From Octopus bimaculoides (Eukaryota), in the NCBI RefSeq assembly GCF_001194135.2, contig NC_068988.1, positions 4,749,115 to 4,813,114 on the forward strand: a stretch of DNA of 64,000 bases, written 5' to 3'. A model generated the notes under the pieces. It was not told where the DNA came from and made no database searches. It was given only the letters and a program-made list of their open reading frames with translations. Below are positions 55,197-64,000 of this stretch, one piece after another. The position numbers were made by a program, and so were the translations under genes. Every line of letters starts with the position of its first letter. The first letter of the stretch is position 1.

Positions 55197-55667
55197 CGAA
55201 TCTGTTCACGTAATTGCAAATAGCTAACGTTCCATTGCCAGTTTAAGTAGTAATCATATAATGATTCTTAATGATCTGAAAAGGAGTAATAGCTGGCAGC
55301 AGAAGCTATATTGCTTATTCGGGCCTCCAAGACATCCCACTTTCGATGTTATAACATGAGAAAAGATGGCTAGAGGGTTCAAGATCGGAATTCTCCCAGC
55401 AGAGCAACATGGTTCAACACCATCAGCTGGTCCATGGATGCCTTTAACGACGGACTCTCTGTTACAAGAATTCTGAATAGGTATACAGTTTAAGGATACC
55501 CTTTTCGGTCCTGCTTGTTCCGAATTATGAAAGCCAAGGAAAACTCCTCTATAATAACGACAGATACACACATATATGTGTGTATATGTAAATATAAAGT
55601 ACATATAAGTGGGTATATAGTCAATTAGTATCTATTAGGTTACATAAGTCGTATTTAATTGATTTCA

Positions 55668-55719
55668 GGGGCACCGACGTCAAAGCTTTTACTGGGGCAC
55701 CGATGTCAAAGCTTTTACT
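55668..55719. repeat. 26-bp tandem duplication (2 copies, 1 mismatch)
   Basis: ggggcaccgacgtcaaagcttttact followed by ggggcaccgatgtcaaagcttttact. Confidence 0.9.
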
Positions 55720-56023
55720 GGATTATATTGACTACAATACATCAGTCTGCTACTGATTTGGTCAACTTCTCGCGGGAGAGCGACAAAAGGACGTAAACGG
55801 GCCAAAACACAGCTAGGTCGTTTTGCTCACCTTTAATAATTAAAGACACAGAAAACTCTGAGAAAATGTCCACGGACACGCGATAACACAGACACACATA
55901 TATATATATGGATGGATGGATAGATGGATATAAGTGTGTGTGTGCGTGTGTGTGCGTGTGTGTATTTACAGGTATGTATGTGTGTAAGAATGAGGTGCAA
56001 TGGTGTAAAATAGATAACCTTAC

Positions 56024-56244
56024 CTGCAGTTTATAGATCGTGTATGGCTTCAAACCCGTAATAGTGTATTCATTGTAGTACCTGGAGGATTTCACCTCCA
56101 ATCCTATCGCTGTCGAGCTGATTCCCCAGTACATGATCCGATATTTTGTAATATTACCTCTGGGATTATCCGGTTGTTCCCAGCTTACAACAACTGAAGT
56201 ACTCAGTCGCTTCTTTAGCATTAAATTCTTCGGCGGTGGTGGTT
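56024..56244 (-). CDS. Receptor PTP-like gene, exon 3 (221 nt, phase 1->0): FN3 domain B, (K)PPPPKNLMLKKRLSTSVVVSWEQPDNPRGNITKYRIMYWG...YTITGLKPYTIYKLQ
   Basis: Acceptor tgtgttgcag and donor gtaagg. Canonical FN3 motifs VSWxxP, GxIxxY, LKPYTxY. Confidence 0.95.
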
Positions 56245-56984
56245 CTGCAACACAGAGTATATTCAGAAAATTACAGAAACCGAAATGTCTGCACATGCAT
56301 CCACCCACCTACTTACATACATACATAAACTTCTTGAAGTTTATCATTTAAGTACATATGAGCATGTCTAGACATGCAACTATATTCATGAGAACACATA
56401 CACAGTCATAAAACAAAGCATACAAATCTTCAAATATACATACATACAAAAATACCTTGTTGTTGATTTTGAAATTCCAATGAAGGATCATTGGATCTAG
56501 GTTAGAAACCGGCTCTTTCTCTATTGGCTCGAAATCTTGAAATAAACATAAATAATTACATACATATAGTATGTACCATCATAAAGATCAGCTGTCCTAT
56601 GATATGAATATCTCTTTGAGAATCAGAGAGAAAGAGGATAACTGGACAACTTCTAGGAAACCTCCAACACGTCTAGATTCAGATTATTCTCATTTAAACC
56701 AATAATAACAGGTACACTTGGTTTTGTGAGCAAATGCATAATTGATCAATTGGATTAGCTAGAGTTTTCAGAAAAAGAAATCAACCAACTCACACATTAC
56801 AAACACAATTTGTAAGTGTAACAGTAAAAATATGCGAAGGATTTTTTATCAAGTTTAAAACGTGACACTGATTTTGTTACCTACATTCCAATGATGAAGC
56901 TTCGTATCTTTTTTTTAGAAACCAGCATTTTCTTCCGAGAAAGATTTTAAATAATTAAAAACAGAAGAGAACATACAGATAAAT

Positions 56985-57075
56985 ACATGCATACATACAT
57001 ACATACATACATACATACATACATACATACATACTTACTTACATACATACATACATACATACTTACATACATACA
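56985..57075. repeat. (CATA)n microsatellite
   Basis: Directly visible. Confidence 0.93.
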
Positions 57076-58709
57076 AATCTATAGGGATGAGCATAAGCAA
57101 TTATATGCAAATATAATATAACAGACATTTAGATATATGCAAACGAACACATTTTTTTTAATGTTAATGCTTATAGAATATCAGCCTCTCTTTCGGTAAG
57201 AAGAACTAGAAATGGGTTGTAACCTGTGATAGATTTTTTAAAAAAAAACGAGGGTAACAGACAAGCTGGAAAGCGAATTCCTTAGTTGCAGGATGAGAAA
57301 TAACAGTTATTTTACGAAGCGGAGATATGTTGTAGAGACTAAGGTATGTGTCACAAATGCCTATAATAAGGAGGAATCTGTGGAGATTGATATTAGACAT
57401 CAACTGTAACAGTTTGTAAAAGTATTATATTCTTACAGTTGAAAATGAACTTTGAAAAAATATGTTTACTACATACACATTATCCAATAAAACAATTTCT
57501 GAATATTTAGCAAATAATACAATTATTTGTCGAGCAGTTAGGGTACTTTATTCCATTTTATTAATGTCATTTAAGCCATTGAAAAATATAAACGATCATC
57601 ACAAGTTCATGGTTAGAAGCCTAAAATAAAGATTTTACACTTTAGCTCAGTAAACAATAATTTCCAATGAATGAGCAGTCTTAGGCGTAGCTGAAGTTTC
57701 AGTTATGTCGGAAATGTATACATAGACATGTTTGTGCATGTGTGTGTGTGTGTATATAGATAGATAGATATGTATATATACCCATATCCATATATGTTTA
57801 TATATATATATATGAATGTGTATGTATGTGTGTGTGCATGAATATATGTAAACAATATATGTATAGATTTATTTGATTTGCAATAAGTGTGGATGTATAT
57901 AGTTATATGCACATCTACACATATATTTAGCTGTTTATAGAACAATAATTTTATTAGGTTGCAATATATCAGATTGCTTAAAGTAGAAACAGACTTCAAC
58001 TTTCATTCTTAGAGAAAGCTTTTTGTCAGATTTTCTCCTGATAAAACCCATATCTGTATTGGATCAGGAAGAGAGATCCAAGGATCTGAAACATTGTTAT
58101 CGAGGATACTCAAACACCATCTCTGCTTTTACCATCTGAGTCAATAGAAAATTCAATAACACATTTCCTCCTTTCGAGCTCTCGCTCTCCTTCAATATAT
58201 ATATATATTACTAAAAAAAAATACAGCGTCTCTCTATCTGCCTCGTATTTCGGTTCACAAGAGTTTAATATTTTATTTATGAATTCAACTCTTGTTTACA
58301 CAGCGTACACAAATTTTCTTCTCGACGAAAGGACAATGTAATAATCTAAGATACCCGATCAGAAACTCTTCACGGGAACCTTATTAACCTGTGTGTTTAT
58401 TAGATAACGATGGCAGTGTACACACCTTCCTCTCTTTATGTAATCACATCATCGTATTGAGAAGCTGTTCTGATCATGTACAAGTAATATTTATCTATCT
58501 GACTTCTACAACAGTGCTACATTGCAGCTGTCTAGAATATAGAGTTTACTGAATTATAATGGCTTAAAGTTTACAAGACTTATTGAATTACATGCCTTAT
58601 TGAATTGTTCAGTTTGCAGAATTTATAACACTAACTAAATGTGTGCGTTTTCACAGAGATTGGTAAATCAATGAATGGCAAATAGCATTAGTATAAGACA
58701 GTTACGTAC

Positions 58710-58947
58710 TTGTCTCTGGTGTAGTGACACATTTTCTATCCGAATACGGGCTAATGAAGCCTTTATTTGTATGAAACATTAAATCAACACAATAAGTGGT
58801 TGCTGGTTCGAGATCTTGAATAGTAAGAAACTTGGCAGTGTTTCCCTCCCTTTTTATGACTCTCGGAGCAATTCCATACTTTAAACTTGTGAATCGAATT
58901 AAGTATATAGTTATGCTATCACAGTTCCAAGATCCTATGGGCGGATC
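58710..58947 (-). CDS. Receptor PTP-like gene, exon 2 (238 nt, phase 0->1): rest of FN3 domain A, DPPIGSWNCDSITIYLIRFTSLKYGIAPRVIKREGNTAKFLTIQDLEPATTYCVDLMFHTNKGFISPYSDRKCVTTPET
   Basis: Not in the ORF track; translated by hand. Acceptor ttgttttcctattttag, donor gtacgt, 79 open codons, FN3 signature LxPxTxY. Phases match both neighbouring exons. Confidence 0.92.
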
Positions 58948-59199
58948 CTAAAATAGGAAAACAAAGAAGTAAATATTAGAAAACAGAGTACATTCAATGT
59001 AAAACAGAGTAAAACATGAGTAACAATAGAGTGATGTACAAGTTATAATTGTTAAGTATAGTTAATTCTTCTAATATAATGTCGTTATCCAATGAATACT
59101 CGCCTCAATGTGAAACGTGAGTGGAGAGGTGGGTACAAGTCACCTTATTTAACGCTACCACCTGGCTCATTCAGCACTTTACCAGGGTGTGCTCTCTTA

Positions 59200-59640
59200 C
59201 CAGCATTGAAACAGACGTTTCGACGATTCCAAAATCTTATGGTAACTTTTTCGAAAAAGACCACTCAGTTTTCCAGTGTTCCACATTGGAAACGATGCTC
59301 AGCAACGCATTCAGTTTTCACAACATTACCTTCAAAGTCATTTACTACTAAAAAAACTAGAAGGGACAAACTTGATAGACTGCAATTCTCTTCCATTACC
59401 CGCAATCATCGTGAAGCCAGGTTAACCGCTGTTCTGATTAAACTCTTTAAATTCACGCTTCCTGAAGGGATTTACACTGACTTTTGGAAATGCACTGCGT
59501 TCCGTTTCCAAAACAGGCTTCATCTCTGCCTCATCTCCAACTATCGACCTGCTTCACTTTCAATATCGATGTCCCCAAATAACTCCAATCTCTCTCTTTA
59601 ACGACGCCAGTACTACGGTTTCCGTAAAACCAGACTCCTT
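59200..59640 (+). mobile_element. Decayed non-LTR retrotransposon (CR1/L2/Jockey-like) reverse transcriptase N-terminal fragment
   Basis: ORF 59092-59601 contains LIKLFKFTLPEGIYTDFWKCT...SNYRPASLS. This matches the LINE RT pattern LFNxSLxxGxxPxxWKxAxVxPIxK...NYRPISL. It is antisense to the host gene, in the intron between exons 1 and 2. Confidence 0.72.
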
Positions 59641-60588
59641 AGAAACGTACCTGTGTCAGCAACCAATATATTCATAGAAACATTATGAAAGCAATATAGT
59701 TTCCCATATTATCACTTTATCTGGCATGCGTTTCTTTTATCAAATCCGGTCGACTTTCGACTTACCGGATCAATAGCTTCCAAACAGACCATACCATCAC
59801 ATTGTTCTTACTATCTAATGCTCTACCAGCTCTTGTGCGTCCCAAGATCCAGATTTGTACGTCAATCACTTCATATATATATATGTGTGTGTGTGTGACC
59901 AACTTTGTGTCAAATAATGTTTATTCTTATGGTTTTGTTCCACTGCCACCTTGGCCTTTGTGAATCATTCGTCTTTCCTTCTTTCGTCTCCTATGTTGTG
60001 TACAATCACCAACTCCTCGCTAACTAATATCCTAGACCTTCCCTCCTAGAACGCTCGTCCGCTGGACTCTTGTCATGCTCACCTCACACTCTGGAAAGTG
60101 TCAACATACAATTTAAGTGGAGAGTCAATGTCATCAATGTCACCAATCTAAGAGGGACAACACAGTAATAAGAAAAGTAAATGGATAATGCATCAAATGA
60201 AGATGAGATCTTATCGCTTAGAAATATCTGTAGAAAATGCTGTAGAAAATACATATTCTGTTATCCCAACGACGGCATTGGGGCCATCTTCAGAAAACGA
60301 AATATAATTCTGAATGGTATATAAAGTTGATCAAATTATGCAGAATATTTTCACAAGGAATACCGTATGTGTATGAGGTGGGGGAGGGCAAGACAGGCAG
60401 ACAGACAAAGAGGGAGAGTCAGAGACGGAGATTAATAATTTTAAAATATTTTAAATAAACTAATGAATGTCATTTTATCGTCATTGTGTATATGAGCAAA
60501 GAGTATTTTTTGTCAGCAAATCTGACTTAGAATGTCCAATTACGAAAGACAAAGGGATGAACGTTGCGAATGAGAAATATTTACTTAC

Positions 60589-60680
60589 CGTCCATGTGAT
60601 CGTAATCTTCGTTTTAGGGTATGAGATGTTATACTGTGGTGCTGATAACAATTGACCAACTTTTGGAGGTAAATCAGGTT
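60589..60680 (-). CDS. Receptor PTP-like gene, visible exon 1 (92 nt, phase 1->0): start of FN3 domain A, (E)PDLPPKVGQLLSAPQYNISYPKTKITITWT
   Basis: Acceptor atttattttccag and donor gtaagt. Ends in the FN3 B-strand ITITW. Splices in frame to 58947. Confidence 0.85.
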
Positions 60681-60773
60681 CTGGAAAATAAATTTGAAAA
60701 ATCTTTTTTGCATTTTCTGAGTGCAGAGTATGAGACACACATACACACACACGATCACACATGCAAACTCCTC

Positions 60774-60776
<3 letters not shown>

Positions 60777-60824
<48 letters not shown>
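60777..60824. repeat. (TG)n microsatellite about 100 bp upstream of the exon 1 acceptor
   Basis: Directly visible. Confidence 0.95.
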
Positions 60825-60826
<2 letters not shown>

Positions 60827-61059
60827 TAATTGTCACAACTTATACCTCCGGTAAGTTAACATGGAATTCTTTGACAATGTAACCTTCATATAATGAAGGT
60901 GTCTTCGACATGAGTAGCTAGTATATTACCCTTCGTTGAGTAATTATTACTTCTGAGGATCTGCTAGATAGGAAACATATGTAGCCTGTGTTCCACTCTC
61001 TCAATTTGAATGGATATATACATACATATATATATATATGATGAACTCTCTCGTCGAAG

Positions 61060-61400
61060 ACGATGCATGTGCGTTCAGCTTTTACCGAACAACCTGCCCA
61101 TGCACCCTTTTCTGTTTGTTTTCCTGTCTTGTTTTTTGTCCGCCACTACATTCCTCAATGGCAAGATTTAATCTGTGTATACAAATTTAATTTGCGGTCC
61201 ATGGGAAGAGCCGTTTTAACGATGCATCCTGCCTAGCTCTTCGAAACGCCGGTGTTAAAACGGGGGTAGCTGATGAAGTAGAATGTTCTCTATGTGGCTT
61301 GTGTGTTTTCTCGTCTACGTTTTGTTTGCAATGTCCTGTACCCAGATCTGCACCTATACATACAGGTGGATGTCGGTACGCACATACCTGTACGTATATA
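61060..61400 (+). repeat. Interspersed repeat, unclassified (possibly Penelope-related)
   Basis: GC-richer block containing cgaaacgccggtg...gctgatgaagtagaatgttctctatgtggc; the family assignment is from memory only. Confidence 0.35.
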
Positions 61401-61900
61401 TGCATATACTCATTTACTATTTGTTTATATATATATATATNNNNNNNNNNNNNNNNNNNNNNNNNNNNNNNNNNNNNNNNNNNNNNNNNNNNNNNNNNNN
61501 NNNNNNNNNNNNNNNNNNNNNNNNNNNNNNNNNNNNNNNNNNNNNNNNNNNNNNNNNNNNNNNNNNNNNNNNNNNNNNNNNNNNNNNNNNNNNNNNNNNN
61601 NNNNNNNNNNNNNNNNNNNNNNNNNNNNNNNNNNNNNNNNNNNNNNNNNNNNNNNNNNNNNNNNNNNNNNNNNNNNNNNNNNNNNNNNNNNNNNNNNNNN
61701 NNNNNNNNNNNNNNNNNNNNNNNNNNNNNNNNNNNNNNNNNNNNNNNNNNNNNNNNNNNNNNNNNNNNNNNNNNNNNNNNNNNNNNNNNNNNNNNNNNNN
61801 NNNNNNNNNNNNNNNNNNNNNNNNNNNNNNNNNNNNNNNNNNNNNNNNNNNNNNNNNNNNNNNNNNNNNNNNNNNNNNNNNNNNNNNNNNNNNNNNNNNN

Positions 61901-61973
<73 letters not shown>

Positions 61974-63017
61974 AACTTATGTATATTATAGATATTATAT
62001 ACATACACCCATTACATATATAAATGTAATATGTATCGCGATGGCACATATTGAACATAACCAATTAACACTAAACTGAGTTTATTTCTATTTATTTCAG
62101 TTAAGATTAATTTAGTAAACATAAACAAACAGTAACGATCTCCCCTCCCCTTTCGAGCAGACATCACTATTTAAGATATCGTATCGTTACGTTGCAATTA
62201 ATATGAAAGGAAATGTCACGAAGTTAGTTGTCATGTATTACAACTTGTGAACATCACTGTATTAGTTCAGCTCTATTATAACGCTCTTTTTGAAAGTTCA
62301 CAACCCTTTAAAGACTATACTTGTTCAGTTTCACTTCAAAATATATTTGATATGTATTTTAGACGTTGTAATAGTTTACACCTCTGTCTTTAAAGTAGTT
62401 TAGCATAAAGAAAATGGATAACATGATGTCACAGTGTCTTTCTATTTACAGCCAGGTTGGTATGTACAAGAATTTTGAAGAAAATTACAATAGTTTGTAT
62501 TAATTCATCGAACGTTAATCAGTGTAAATGACTGACTTCTCTCTTCAATTTAGCAAACGATATGATGAAACTATTAAACCCAAGGAACAAACTATGTCTT
62601 ATTGTAATTACTTCTACTAAGAAATAAGGTGGAAATTAATTTCCAAACTAGAAAATAAATTAGTGTCATATTCAAAGGGAAACACTTCTTAACAGTTCAT
62701 ATTAATCATTGTTTTTCTACATTACTCTAGAAATAGCTTCTTCAACCGGTAAGATTTACAGAGTGAAACGTGTGGAAACCGAAACAACTCTTCTGTAACT
62801 ACCAACAAAAAGTAAATAGACAGTGAATGCTTATTACTTCCATACATCATCACAATATGTTAAAGACTGCAAACTACAGTACAAGAGGGTCCCATTCCTA
62901 ACTAAACTTCACTGCATTTGCTCTATTTTATATGAGGACACTCGTTCGCAGGATAATTTTGCAAAAAGCTACGTCCTAACAGAAATTGCAATGTGTAATA
63001 TAAATAGTTTTAATGGC

Positions 63018-63051
63018 GTGTGTGTGTATGTGTGTGTGTGTATGTGTGTGT

Positions 63052-63107
<56 letters not shown>

Positions 63108-63302
63108 NNNNNNNNNNNNNNNNNNNNNNNNNNNNNNNNNNNNNNNNNNNNNNNNNNNNNNNNNNNNNNNNNNNNNNNNNNNNNNNNNNNNNNNNNNNNN
63201 NNNNNNNNNNNNNNNNNNNNNNNNNNNNNNNNNNNNNNNNNNNNNNNNNNNNNNNNNNNNNNNNNNNNNNNNNNNNNNNNNNNNNNNNNNNNNNNNNNNN
63301 NN

Positions 63303-63336
<34 letters not shown>
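63018..63336. repeat. (TG)n, N gap, (AG)n
   Basis: Directly visible; gap at 63108-63302. Confidence 0.93.
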
Positions 63337-63337
<1 letters not shown>

Positions 63338-63537
63338 AATTAAGTAAAAAAAAAAGGGAACTCAATACTAAAGCAAGAATGAAATATCTCGGTGGTGGTG
63401 TTAACATGATTACAGTTTGACGTTTCGCCAGATACAGCGTCTGAGTATAAAATGCCATACTGGTTGAAACTTTGGAGTCACTTTCTTCTTTTAAAAGAAA
63501 AAAACAAAGGACATGTATTTAATATGTGTATGTTTAT

Positions 63538-63570
<33 letters not shown>

Positions 63571-63960
63571 GTACAGAAAACGTGATTATGTTGTTGCTTA
63601 AATTTTTCTATCAATGTTTCTAGAAATACGCGTCTGAAATTCCTGCATTTTAAAGGAGCAACAAAAGACTAAATTTTCCCGAAGGCTAAGAAAATAGAGA
63701 AACGTTGGTGATAGATTTATTAACTGTGATATTCCAAACAGACTGGAGGGAATTACAGAAGCCTGAAAAACGTTTTAAGTATCTCAGACAAAATGTTAGA
63801 ACATTATAACAATTTCAATTCATGTCTAATAGACAATCGCGCAAATACCTACCCACAGACATATGTATATATGTGTGTATATATTTATCTATACATATAT
63901 ACGTGTGTATGTTTGTGTGTATGTTTGTGTGTATGGATATGTAAGTGTATGTGTGCATGT

Positions 63961-64000
<40 letters not shown>

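Noticed and set aside
55254-55604. 116-aa minus-strand ORF inside the gene as a possible exon.
   Set aside because: No FN3 features, and exons 3 and 4 already join in frame without it; probably a repeat remnant.
59744-59770. Short hairpin atccggt...accggat.
   Set aside because: A 7-bp stem is expected by chance in 64 kb and has no functional context.
61240-61295. GAAAC...CTGATGA as a type-II hammerhead.
   Set aside because: There is no room for stem I between the GUA triplet and the CUGAUGA box, and stems II and III pair poorly.
62440-62755. Two plus-strand AG..GT micro-exon-like segments (ccaggttg; aaatagcttcttcaaccg).
   Set aside because: No supporting plus-strand gene, and such short matches occur by chance.

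Overview
AT-rich, microsatellite-dense eukaryotic genomic DNA from a gapped draft assembly. The SINE types and repeat content suggest an octopus or other coleoid cephalopod (inference). The main content is part of a minus-strand, multi-exon gene that the ORF track shows only in fragments. I reconstructed 11 GT-AG exons between 60680 and 38384 (1542 nt, 513 complete codons). They join in frame with matching intron phases. They encode four FN3-type domains, the last a membrane-proximal type with an RKKR/S furin-type site and an IGDNxTY..YxNxPLxP motif, then a short stalk, one transmembrane helix and a Pro/Ser/Thr-rich juxtamembrane segment. This is the architecture of a LAR/PTP69D/R2-type receptor tyrosine phosphatase. 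The gene's 5' exons lie beyond the right edge or in gaps, and I found no phosphatase-domain exon in the remaining 38 kb. The rest of the window is intronic or intergenic: tRNA-derived SINEs (one with a 14-bp TSD), a decayed LINE RT fragment, Penelope-type hammerhead-like motifs, 51-bp and 24-bp minisatellites, many microsatellites and N gaps. Almost all ORF-track entries are repeat or gap artefacts. There are no prokaryotic features, CRISPR arrays, rRNA or true tRNA genes.
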